Positions 1-8,520 of a DNA stretch of 12,972 nucleotides are shown here, one piece after another; positions within the stretch are counted from its first letter, which is position 1; each line of letters opens with the position of its first letter. The notes beneath the pieces are model-generated. The model did not search any database, was not told where the DNA came from, and worked only from the letters and a program-made list of their open reading frames with translations. Source of the stretch: Candidatus Hermodarchaeum yapensis (GTDB lineage Archaea > Asgardarchaeota > Hermodarchaeia > Hermodarchaeales > Hermodarchaeaceae); NCBI GenBank assembly GCA_016840405.1, contig JAEOSK010000050.1:1-12972 (forward strand), in the 5' to 3' direction. The position numbers were made by a program, and so were the translations under genes.

Positions 1-437
1 AGTATCAACGTGACAAAACCCAAGTATTTCACACTGCCAATCACTTTGGCAAGAATATCATCTGCTGTCCGAAAATCCCTATCTGGTCCAGGATTATTAT
101 CCCCCTTTGTGGTAAAACGTAACTCGCCTCCAACTTCTTGGATTTCAATGATTCGATGAACTATTGGGACATCACCTGAACTCCCAGGATTAGATGATGC
201 GTTGTAGATGACGATGTCTCCGACGACAAGGGTCGTTGGATCCACAGCCCTGACGATGACAAGATCACCACGATAAAACACAGGCTCCATTGAACCAGAT
301 TCAACCGCGAGTAAGGGTGTGGGGGTTTGAAGATAAAACTGAAGGCCAATACCGGTGCCCCAAACAACCATTAAAACAACAGCAATCACTATGGCATCTT
401 CGACGAATTCGCGTTTCCAGCTTTTCTCTTGGCTCAA
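1..437 (-). CDS. sec11: Signal peptidase I, archaeal/ER SEC11-type (S26B); 3' end runs off the window
   Basis: Manual translation from TTG at 437: MSQEKSWKREFVEDAIVIAVVLMVVWGTGIGL...AVESGSMEPVFYRGDLVIV...GDIVIY...PIVHRII...TKGDNN. It has an N-terminal TM helix, catalytic Ser (SGSMEP), His (IVHR) and the KGDNN box. An SD-like GAGGT lies at 445-449 on the minus strand. Not in the ORF track. Confidence 0.95.
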   Translation of the reverse strand, partial: MSQEKSWKREFVEDAIVIAVVLMVVWGTGIGLQFYLQTPTPLLAVESGSMEPVFYRGDLVIVRAVDPTTLVVGDIVIYNASSNPGSSGDVPIVHRIIEIQEVGGELRFTTKGDNNPGPDRDFRTADDILAKVIGSVKYLGFVTLI

Positions 438-560
438 TTTGAGTACCTCAAATTATTGATGATTTGAAGAGTGGTTCAAGGTAAAAAGGTATGTGTCTGG
501 AACACCGGAGACCTAATGATTTTAAGGAGCTTCTTATTATTCTTGAGCCGGTGGCAGTAC

Positions 561-1313
561 ATGCATTTCCTATCCAAGATTCTAAGAGATACAGTCGATG
601 AATCCGTTCATCGTGCTTTTCTTCGCTACGGAAAGGGTGAATATGAGGGCCCTGCAGCAGAAATCTCAATCGCAAAATCAGGCACGGTTAAGGTTAGATC
701 AAATCATTTGTATCAAGATTTAATCGCCTCTGTCTTTGTGACACACGTACCAGTTGACACTATCTCGGTCTCTGGCATTGTGTTAGGCTATGAACCACTC
801 GATGAAGCAATCGCGGGTTTAGGCATTGAAGCAGACCCATTTAAGAAGAAACCTCGCACCCAATTATTTCAATCAAAAATTGCTGGCGTGTACCCCGTCA
901 AACAGGTTGCTTCTCTCTATGATGACATTGGTGAGAATGCTTTAATTTTCTGTAATTTGTCAACAGACAAAGCTTGGTCTCATAAATCGAAAACGAAAAT
1001 TCCATCGGCTCAGAAAGAAAGTCCAATCGAGGAGCAGCTCAAGTTTAGTACCACAAAGATACCTGCTGGAACAAATTTTGTTCCAGAACTTTTACTCGAA
1101 ATCACTCCTGATTTCCTTGACGACATATCCACCAATTTTTCAACTCTCCGCATTGAAAATACCTATGAGATACAAGACCTCATTTTTCCCCCGAACCGAG
1201 ATCAGCTTACATCAAAAGAAATCCGTGTTCTAACCCAACGGAGTGGTATGCTACATCGAACGCTGAGTGTCGATGGCAAAGAATTCAAAAGTAAACTTCC
1301 CATGACAGTGTAG
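561..1313 (+). CDS. Conserved archaeal hypothetical protein (250 aa)
   Basis: Long ORF. ATG 561 (MHFLSKIL...VHRAFLRYGKGEY...RSGMLHRTLSVDG) is preferred to GTG 471 because AT-rich TATA-like tracts lie at 520-540. It resembles an uncharacterised archaeal family I recall (unverified). Confidence 0.75.
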   Translation: MHFLSKILRDTVDESVHRAFLRYGKGEYEGPAAEISIAKSGTVKVRSNHLYQDLIASVFVTHVPVDTISVSGIVLGYEPLDEAIAGLGIEADPFKKKPRTQLFQSKIAGVYPVKQVASLYDDIGENALIFCNLSTDKAWSHKSKTKIPSAQKESPIEEQLKFSTTKIPAGTNFVPELLLEITPDFLDDISTNFSTLRIENTYEIQDLIFPPNRDQLTSKEIRVLTQRSGMLHRTLSVDGKEFKSKLPMTV

Positions 1314-1395
1314 CACAATCCAGTAAGCCAAAGTGTCACCCAAACCAAAAAGAATTAAAAAGGGGAGTCGTCACTCTCCCTGACATTCGCACGAG

Positions 1396-1608
1396 TTGAA
1401 TCTGATGCAGTGGTTACATTTTCTCCCCTGGTATCCTTGGTATGGTGGTCTTCTTATTGCCTTTGCAGTTATACTGGGCATTTGGCTTGTCTACATGGTG
1501 GAAAAGGCTCGACAACTGCCTTGGGGAAAAATACTTGCTGCAATCTTTCTCATTGCCCTTGCTTCTGGTTTCGGCATCAACTTTATCCTACTTTTTTTGG
1601 CTTGGTAA
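1396..1608 (+). CDS. Small membrane protein with two predicted TM helices (start TTG 1396 or ATG 1405)
   Basis: Two hydrophobic segments (GGLLIAFAVILGIWLVYMV; ILAAIFLIALASGFGINFILLFLAW) are joined by a basic loop (EKARQLPWGK). It fills the intergenic gap, with TATA-like ATTAAAAA at 1354-1361 and a T-tract after the stop. Confidence 0.7.
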   Translation: MNLMQWLHFLPWYPWYGGLLIAFAVILGIWLVYMVEKARQLPWGKILAAIFLIALASGFGINFILLFLAW

Positions 1609-1610
1609 TA

Positions 1611-1616
1611 TTTTTT
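1611..1616 (+). terminator. Oligo-T archaeal-type terminator candidate
   Basis: TTTTTT lies immediately after the TAA of 1396-1608, between convergent genes. Confidence 0.35.
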
Positions 1617-1640
1617 ACCAAATAAACACGGGCGTTTCTC

Positions 1641-2858
1641 TTAGTATAGCCGTGCTTTTTTCTCCAGTATGAGTTGTTGGATTGAACACACATCAGCCAA
1701 TTCAGTATCAAGAATTGAGGTTACGTTCTTTTCAACGTCGTTCCATGAAGATGGGTTGTCTACAATTAGTTCTGCAGAAGCAATCAATGGCTGGTCAATG
1801 GGATATCCAATGCGTGTCAGGATTTTAACATAGATTTCTGATACTCTGGGCTCTTCAGCAACCACGCGCTCCGCGATAAGTTGTGCCAACACATTGTAAA
1901 TCTTCCCAACATGATTTTGTGGGTTTTTACCTGCCGCGGCTTCAAGACTCATTGGTCGACAGGGAGTAATCAGACCGTTTACCCGATTACCTCGACCCAC
2001 TCCTGCATCGTCACCCATTTCAGCTGATGTTCCGGTCAAAGTGAGGTAATAGGAACCGCGTTTGAAATCATCAGCAGAATTCACAACAACACTCACACCG
2101 CGCTCTGTGATTTTTTTCGCCTGATTGAGAATAGCATTTGTAACATCGTCTATGACACCATGATAATGATCAGCGTCAGGGATCAAAGGGGCAATCATTG
2201 CAGCTGCAACGGTTAACTGGATTTCGTTGTTATTTCGTAGCCCCATGACTTTGACATCCTCCCCAACCTCTGGATGTTTTTTCTTGAATGCATCAGAGTT
2301 TAGAAGCTGTTCTGTTTGGAAAACAAGCTTCTCTGTTTCTGAAAACGGAGCAAAAGCAACACCAAAGCTAGTGTCATTAGAGCGAGGAATGTCATCAACT
2401 GCGCGGTCGAACACATGAGTAAGGTCCGTGGACCCGGGTTTTATTTTATAGTCCATTAGGACCTGCTCTGTTGGGTTTAGAAATCGTAGGGTGTTTGTTA
2501 GGGTTTCTTTCATTGATTGAAGTGTCAGGGTGCCGAGGGGGATTCGGATGAGGTTTCCGTCTTTGAAAACCTCCGTGGTGGCACGGCCTACAACACAAAT
2601 ATAGATGGGTTCTAACAGCTCTCCGCCTCCAAAGCCTACATGAGCTCGTCCACCCGCAATAGAACCCTTATCAACATTATGATGAAGGATTCGACCAAAG
2701 TTGTCAAGGTAGTACTTACAGAGTCTGACGCCAACATTCTCGACGACTGCATCAAGGATGGTGTCAGGATGGCCTTTACCTTTTCTTTCTACAATTTCCA
2801 ATGATTGTTGTTCTATTGGATCCGCCTGGGCTTTAGTAACTGCAATATTTCGGGACAT
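1641..2858 (-). CDS. mat: S-adenosylmethionine synthetase, archaeal type (methionine adenosyltransferase)
   Basis: Motifs [56 protein letters not shown], [17 protein letters not shown]; 405 aa. Confidence 0.97.
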   Translation of the reverse strand: MSRNIAVTKAQADPIEQQSLEIVERKGKGHPDTILDAVVENVGVRLCKYYLDNFGRILHHNVDKGSIAGGRAHVGFGGGELLEPIYICVVGRATTEVFKDGNLIRIPLGTLTLQSMKETLTNTLRFLNPTEQVLMDYKIKPGSTDLTHVFDRAVDDIPRSNDTSFGVAFAPFSETEKLVFQTEQLLNSDAFKKKHPEVGEDVKVMGLRNNNEIQLTVAAAMIAPLIPDADHYHGVIDDVTNAILNQAKKITERGVSVVVNSADDFKRGSYYLTLTGTSAEMGDDAGVGRGNRVNGLITPCRPMSLEAAAGKNPQNHVGKIYNVLAQLIAERVVAEEPRVSEIYVKILTRIGYPIDQPLIASAELIVDNPSSWNDVEKNVTSILDTELADVCSIQQLILEKKARLY

Positions 2859-2896
2859 TCTGAGTCATCTCAGTTATTGCGGCATGGATGACTTTC

Positions 2897-2904
2897 TTTT
2901 TTAA
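2897..2904 (-). promoter_or_regulatory. TATA-box candidate for mat
   Basis: TTAAAAAA on the minus strand, about 40 nt upstream of the ATG. Confidence 0.4.
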
Positions 2905-3045
2905 GAATTTCCGTGCTACATCCCAAAATATTCGTTAGGCGAATATTCTATTTCCATATTCTTGCCATAACACTTAAGCCAGCCAAAACCTACTTCATAT
3001 TATCCTCATGGCTACTCGGCGGTTTGGGCTACTTCCACTAGTATC

Positions 3046-3054
3046 GAGGAGTGA
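3046..3054 (+). promoter_or_regulatory. Shine-Dalgarno site
   Basis: GAGGAGTGA ends 6 nt before ATG 3061. Confidence 0.6.
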
Positions 3055-3060
3055 AAAAGT

Positions 3061-4269
3061 ATGAGCCACTTTGTTGATGAAGATGAAATACGACGGCTGA
3101 GCCGACGCATTGCGGAGGAATTTGAAGCAACCTATGGCACCTTGGATGAAAAAGTTGCTCGGGTTCCTGATGATGCGGCATTGGCCATTGCAGACGAATG
3201 TTGTGTTCATCTCGAAGTTGCTCGAGTAGCGTACCGCGTTATGCTAGATGGAACAATACCTGATCCTAAAGCATCCTGCAAAATCTTAATGCGCGAATTT
3301 GACCGTCGCGCCAAACAGGGCAGCCCCGTTCCAGAAGTTGATACCTACCAGCGTGAAGTAGCAATCAACGAAGGAAATTGGATCGAATATCTCTATGGGC
3401 AATTGAACAAAGTGCTTCTTGGAGATTTACGAAACCTTGCCAATCTTGAAAGAACAATTGCTGACGAAATTGAACCGGCTAATGAGCAGGTCATCGCCGT
3501 TGTTGCACAACGACGAAAAGTCGTTGAAATATATTTCACATCATTACTTCAACGCTGGTTGAATGACCATCGAGGAGCTAATATAGGTCATGCTGTTCGT
3601 GCCATCACCGGAGGATTAACTGGATCCTTTGAATCAGATATTGACGATGCAATCAATGGCGCACGTGCTGCATTACTCATTAAACTCCGACGATATGAGC
3701 AATTTCTAAGCGTTGAGGACGAAGAAGAGGAAGAGTCCCGATTAATGGATAAAATCCTGCGTGAGATTCGACTGCTTCTCAAAGAAGTCCAAGGTCCTCT
3801 TGAAGAAGCCTCTCTCCACACTGCAGGTGAGATTTTAATTGAAGCAGCGCCTCCACCCCCCGAGTCCCTGGATGAGAAACCAAAATTTGGATTTGTGTCT
3901 GCACCTTTCCCAACGAGACCCCAAATGGGGCCTCCTATGCAAACTCCACTGGATTATCTTGAAAGAGATGTCTGGTTAGCAGTAATGAAACCCCCTGACG
4001 AAAGAACTGCGTTCCTCCGTGAAAAAATCTCAACGGTAACAGAGAACCTGATTGAGCAGGGTACTCCGCTAGATAAGATTGGAACGACAATAATCTTCGA
4101 TTTGGATAGCCGCTTTTCATGGAAGCGCTCTAGAAAAACGGTTGTCCGTAGAGAATTACGTGAAATTCGAGATTCAGCGGGTGAAGATTATCGCGGACAG
4201 ATCGAAAATTATGTCTTAGAAAATATCCTAGCAAAAATTCCCGAATTACGTTCAAAACCCAACGAATAA
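3061..4269 (+). CDS. Hypothetical protein, largely alpha-helical, with acidic and Pro-rich segments
   Basis: 402-aa ORF with a strong SD. No catalytic motif recognised. Contains EDEEEEES, APPPPE and PFPTRPQMGPP stretches. Confidence 0.85.
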   Translation: MSHFVDEDEIRRLSRRIAEEFEATYGTLDEKVARVPDDAALAIADECCVHLEVARVAYRVMLDGTIPDPKASCKILMREFDRRAKQGSPVPEVDTYQREVAINEGNWIEYLYGQLNKVLLGDLRNLANLERTIADEIEPANEQVIAVVAQRRKVVEIYFTSLLQRWLNDHRGANIGHAVRAITGGLTGSFESDIDDAINGARAALLIKLRRYEQFLSVEDEEEEESRLMDKILREIRLLLKEVQGPLEEASLHTAGEILIEAAPPPPESLDEKPKFGFVSAPFPTRPQMGPPMQTPLDYLERDVWLAVMKPPDERTAFLREKISTVTENLIEQGTPLDKIGTTIIFDLDSRFSWKRSRKTVVRRELREIRDSAGEDYRGQIENYVLENILAKIPELRSKPNE

Positions 4270-4297
4270 AGAATGAATCAAATCGAGATGTATTCGT

Positions 4298-5068
4298 ATG
4301 ATTGAACAAAACCCGCCACTGCTTTGGGTTCTAGACTACGTGATACCTGACTTTCAATTACTTGGTGAAAAAATTACTTTGAGTGGTGAGCTAATCATCG
4401 CGTCTCGTCAACTATTCAGCTTTCTTCAAGAGGAAATTGTTCGGTCAGCATTTATTGGTCCAGGTGCGGTCAAGGGGCAAGTTTTGATAAAAGGAAAACC
4501 GGTGGATGTCGAATATCTTGTTGGCGCAGTGATTTTTGATCCTACCCAAATGCGTCCTCGTGAGCCTATTCCTATCCTTGATATTCTTAATCCGGAAATT
4601 TTGGATCCGTTAGAACAAGCCTCGGAGGAGCAGGTGCAAGAAATTATCCGCACATTAATGATTAAGAAGGGCTCTGTTTCGGATTCAGGTCAAATCTTGA
4701 AAATAACTACTGAAGGTGGGTTACCTAAAACACTCATCGCTGAACAACACATGGTGGCCAAGAACATCTCTTTTGTATCAGGGATGAAAAAAGCACGATT
4801 TCTCTTGGGTGGTCAAAAGAATCGTTTGTATACGCCCTTTAAAGATGGATTGCAGCGGAATCGATTTAGTGATCCGAGTAGAATTTGGACTTTTCGCATT
4901 GATAATAGGGAATTTGAAGCCTTTTCGCCACCAAAATTCAATGAATGGATTATCATAGAGATGCAAACTATTCCTACCGAAGCCTCAAGTTCGAGTGAAG
5001 TTGTGGAATCGGAGTACAATTCAATCCTAACATATCTACTTGGGAATCAGGAGTCCTTTATCTTCTAA
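4298..5068 (+). CDS. Hypothetical protein
   Basis: 256-aa ORF starting 28 nt after the previous gene on the same strand (likely operon). No family recognised. Confidence 0.75.
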   Translation: MIEQNPPLLWVLDYVIPDFQLLGEKITLSGELIIASRQLFSFLQEEIVRSAFIGPGAVKGQVLIKGKPVDVEYLVGAVIFDPTQMRPREPIPILDILNPEILDPLEQASEEQVQEIIRTLMIKKGSVSDSGQILKITTEGGLPKTLIAEQHMVAKNISFVSGMKKARFLLGGQKNRLYTPFKDGLQRNRFSDPSRIWTFRIDNREFEAFSPPKFNEWIIIEMQTIPTEASSSSEVVESEYNSILTYLLGNQESFIF

Positions 5069-5082
5069 GGGATGCATCGCCT

Positions 5083-7653
5083 CTAAGATGGGTGTTCGAT
5101 GCGTTCCATTACTTGGCTCGCATGTTCTGCCAATTCATATCGACCTATAACTTCGGCAACTCGCTGAATGCCCTGAAGAATGTGCACCTGGTTGTCGAGG
5201 AACCCAAAGATATCTCCTGGATAAACAAAGAGCTCATATTCCTGTAGAAAAGTTGAATTGATTTGAGACGGCGTGAGTCCTTTATATCGAAGCTCCAAAA
5301 CAGATCGAGAAACATTCCAAATTCCACAATCACAGAATGGATTTTCTTTACATCGACAACTAAAGAAGTCTATTGTCCATTTGCTAAATTGATTTAGAAC
5401 CCACCGTGGCAGTCGGGCTATCCGTCTACCCCGTCTAGTACTCATTAAATCAAGAACTGCACCCGCAAATAAACGGGTTGCAAACCGGGTTCGAAGTGCC
5501 CGTTCAATTTCACTTTGTAAACGTGGAGAAAGATACACGTTCCGGATGGGTTCAAGCCTAACCGAGAGCTCATCAGCCTTGTCATAAGAATACTCTTGAA
5601 TCGCTGCAACGTTAGATGCTGAAAAATACGAAATTGTAGCGGCACGTCCTAATTCTGTAGGCATCATATCCTGCCCACTTTGGACTGCGAGTCCATGGCG
5701 CTTTAAGAATCGCATTCCCTCATCAAAACTCACCGTCCGTGATAAAAGCCGTTGATACGAATTTTCAAGACGTTTTCGAGATATTTGATCAAAACACGAT
5801 AAAGTAGCTAGCAACTGATCAACAGATTGCTCAAACGTCGCTTCAGGTCGAACTGCTTCTATGGGGTTGCTTAATAAATCGAGTGCGACCTCCTCTTCTG
5901 TCTTACGTTCATCACCAAAATATCGACGACCAATTTCTGCAAGCAAGACAGCTTTTCCACTATCATGCTTACCTAATCGCCCCGCTCGTCCCAACATCTG
6001 GGTTAATTCACCCACGGTGAGAGTTTTGGTTCCCATCATTAAGCTTTGGAAAATCACTGTGCTTGCTGGAAAATCCACACCTGCGGCGAGGGCTGCGGTG
6101 GTTACAACTGCTGCGATTTTTCCTGCTGCGAACGTTTCTTCGATTTTATGGCGTTGAGGATAAGTCATTCCCGCATGATAGGCACGTGCTGAGATTCTCT
6201 GTTTCTGTAATTCATTGGCAATGGAATGCGTGCTTCGGCGTGAGTTCGTAAAAATAATAGTTTGACCCCGAAAACCAAAGGAACTCTTCTGTTGATATTC
6301 GGCTCTACTGATATCGGCGATCATTCGAAGTTTGTCTGGCTCCGTTAGAACCATTATCAAATGACGCTGTAGGGGTACTGGTCGACCGGCTAAAATGACT
6401 GGAGTTAATTGCAGGTCGTGGGCTAATTCTTTTGGATTTCCTACTGTTGCTGACAAAGCAACTAGCTGGGATTTGGGGAAAAGGGTACGAAGGCGGGTGA
6501 TTAATCCATCTAATTCTGGTCCCCGATCCTCGTCAGCTACCATTTGAATTTCGTCGACGACAACTACTCCCACTTCGGCAAATTTTTCAGCCTTCCCGGA
6601 TCTGAGAAGATAATCAAATCCTTCATAACTCGCTACAATGATATCTGCATCAGCAACATCATCATCAACGATAACGAGGGCTTCTTCTCCCACATCTATT
6701 GAACTCATACCCACACGAATGGCTACCCGTAATCCAAGGGCTTCGTATTTTTCACGATACTCATGGTACTTCTGGTTTGCCAAGGCTACTAGTGGTGAAA
6801 GGTAGATGTAGGTTTTCCCTTCCATTGCTGTCTTCAATCCAGCCAGCTCACCTACCAAGGATTTTCCGCTAGTTGTATCTGAGACAGTGAGTAAGGATTT
6901 TCCTTCCAATAGCCCAGCGTCGATGGCTTTCACTTGGATGGGTAGGAGATACTCAATTCCATATTTCTGAAGAACATCAATAAACTCAGAAGGGATTGAT
7001 AGTGTGTTTATCGCAATTTTTTCTTCAGGTTCTTTGACAGCTTGGACTTGGTCATATAGTGTCATAGCTGGATTTTGACTGGGACGAAACTGGGAAGAAA
7101 GAAATGATGCTACTTTCTCAACTGATCGTAACCGTCGTAACATCGTCTCCAAACTACCATACGCCTTCTTAGATACTTCAATATCCATGGCTTGAAGACG
7201 ATTTCCTAACTCCCGTGAAGCACACTTGTAGCACACTGGTTGACCTTCTAGCTGATAGACCTGTTGGCGATTGAGCAGGGTCAACCGACTATCTGCAATA
7301 CATGAACTGCATGCCCTGACGATAACCGGATCCTTCACACTGAAATCCCGCAGCATCCCTTTTAATTCCGTTAGAAAGGGAAATCGTGGCTGTCTCGGAA
7401 TCGCAATATATTCAGCATTTCTTACCCAATTCACGAATGTGCGAGGATCAATCGGGCGAACCCCACCCTTCTGTATTAACCATAACTTGGCAGGACGTAA
7501 CCGTCCTTCTTCCATGCGAAACTGTATTCGTGCCCGTAAAATTGGAATAGACGCCCGTTTGGGTCGAAAGACTACACAAAATGCTGATAACTCCCGCTTT
7601 TTCTCAGGAAAAAGAGCTAAGCCAAACGGAGGTTTTAATGGACGCATTCCCAA
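5083..7653 (-). CDS. Archaea-specific Ski2-like SF2 helicase (ASH-Ski2 / DUF5814-containing)
   Basis: Q motif LLPIQ, Walker A TTSGKS, PLVALANQK, DEIQ, SAT, YHAGM, LAAGVDFPA, QMLGRAGR. It has N-terminal CxxC...CxxC and C-terminal CxCxxxPFCxC clusters; about 856 aa. The start may be ATG 7647. Confidence 0.9.
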   Translation of the reverse strand: MGMRPLKPPFGLALFPEKKRELSAFCVVFRPKRASIPILRARIQFRMEEGRLRPAKLWLIQKGGVRPIDPRTFVNWVRNAEYIAIPRQPRFPFLTELKGMLRDFSVKDPVIVRACSSCIADSRLTLLNRQQVYQLEGQPVCYKCASRELGNRLQAMDIEVSKKAYGSLETMLRRLRSVEKVASFLSSQFRPSQNPAMTLYDQVQAVKEPEEKIAINTLSIPSEFIDVLQKYGIEYLLPIQVKAIDAGLLEGKSLLTVSDTTSGKSLVGELAGLKTAMEGKTYIYLSPLVALANQKYHEYREKYEALGLRVAIRVGMSSIDVGEEALVIVDDDVADADIIVASYEGFDYLLRSGKAEKFAEVGVVVVDEIQMVADEDRGPELDGLITRLRTLFPKSQLVALSATVGNPKELAHDLQLTPVILAGRPVPLQRHLIMVLTEPDKLRMIADISRAEYQQKSSFGFRGQTIIFTNSRRSTHSIANELQKQRISARAYHAGMTYPQRHKIEETFAAGKIAAVVTTAALAAGVDFPASTVIFQSLMMGTKTLTVGELTQMLGRAGRLGKHDSGKAVLLAEIGRRYFGDERKTEEEVALDLLSNPIEAVRPEATFEQSVDQLLATLSCFDQISRKRLENSYQRLLSRTVSFDEGMRFLKRHGLAVQSGQDMMPTELGRAATISYFSASNVAAIQEYSYDKADELSVRLEPIRNVYLSPRLQSEIERALRTRFATRLFAGAVLDLMSTRRGRRIARLPRWVLNQFSKWTIDFFSCRCKENPFCDCGIWNVSRSVLELRYKGLTPSQINSTFLQEYELFVYPGDIFGFLDNQVHILQGIQRVAEVIGRYELAEHASQVMERIEHPS

Positions 7654-7736
7654 ACACTAATCAATCAGCTTTCGCTGAGAACAACAAGCAACGCTTATTA
7701 GTCTTCTCTTACGTTTAGATAGCAGGGGTTCAGAGA

Positions 7737-8429
7737 ATGCGCCAAATCGTTATCTTCCCGGGCATCTTGTCACTCATTTTGAGCAAGGCTGCTCGCGCGG
7801 GTCGTACCGAAATTGGAGGCTTTCTCATTGGCAAAATAAAGCGTAACCAATTGATTATTACAAGAGCTACTTTTCCCCGGCAAATTGGAACAAGTACACA
7901 TGTTACAATCAATGATGTTGACATGGCGCTTCTTGCTGAAGAGCTTGCTGAACGAGGGGCGGGCGAAGTAATCATTGGTTGGCATCATACGCACCCTGGG
8001 ATGGGTGTGTTTATGTCCGGAACTGATGTTTCCACACAACGTCGTTATCAAGCCTTTTTCCCTGAAGCCGTCGCTATGGTAATGGACCCAATCAAATTTT
8101 CAGAAACACTGAATCTTGAAGACTTAGATCTTAAAATTTATCGTGTCAAAAATGGGAAATCTGAAGCACTTGATTATGTGTATGCACATGACCCAGCAAA
8201 AATAATCCCTGATCTTTTCGAAATAATGTTAACGCTTGAAGAACCTGCTCATATGATATTTGAAGACACCTGGTTTGAGAAAATGCTTCGAGAGGTCTTA
8301 GGAGAGCCGATAACCGCACCAGAATTTACCCAAGGACTAGGTAATTTCGTAGAAGCGGCTGTTGCCTTTGGCACTGTTATATTCCTTTGTATTTTCATCG
8401 CCATTTCACTAATGGGACTATTCATCTAA
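7737..8429 (+). CDS. JAMM/MPN+ (Mov34/Rpn11-like) metalloprotease with C-terminal transmembrane helix
   Basis: EIGGFLIG (catalytic Glu) and GWHHTHPGMGVFMSGTD (H-x-H-x7-S-x2-D), then AMVMDP. The protein ends in the hydrophobic AAVAFGTVIFLCIFIAISLMGLFI. Confidence 0.9.
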   Translation: MRQIVIFPGILSLILSKAARAGRTEIGGFLIGKIKRNQLIITRATFPRQIGTSTHVTINDVDMALLAEELAERGAGEVIIGWHHTHPGMGVFMSGTDVSTQRRYQAFFPEAVAMVMDPIKFSETLNLEDLDLKIYRVKNGKSEALDYVYAHDPAKIIPDLFEIMLTLEEPAHMIFEDTWFEKMLREVLGEPITAPEFTQGLGNFVEAAVAFGTVIFLCIFIAISLMGLFI

Positions 8430-8520
8430 TGTTATTTAGAAAAATCCCTACCAATCTTTGATACTTAGTCGTAAGAGTAAAGACACATCACACTTCTGCG
8501 GAAAAAATTGATTAGAGTAT

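Noticed and set aside
161-367. 68-aa minus-strand ORF in the track
   Set aside because: It is an alternative frame of the signal peptidase I gene, whose frame carries the catalytic motifs.
456-520. TGATGA (C-box-like) and a weak hairpin, possible C/D sRNA
   Set aside because: No CTGA D box at a suitable distance.
471-560. N-terminal extension of the 471-1313 ORF
   Set aside because: It overlaps the probable divergent promoter region; ATG 561 is the more plausible start.
1410-1672. Overlapping 71-aa and 76-aa ORFs
   Set aside because: They are alternative frames of the small membrane protein gene, and one runs into mat.
7271-7660. 129-aa plus-strand ORF
   Set aside because: Antisense shadow of the helicase, with no recognisable motif.
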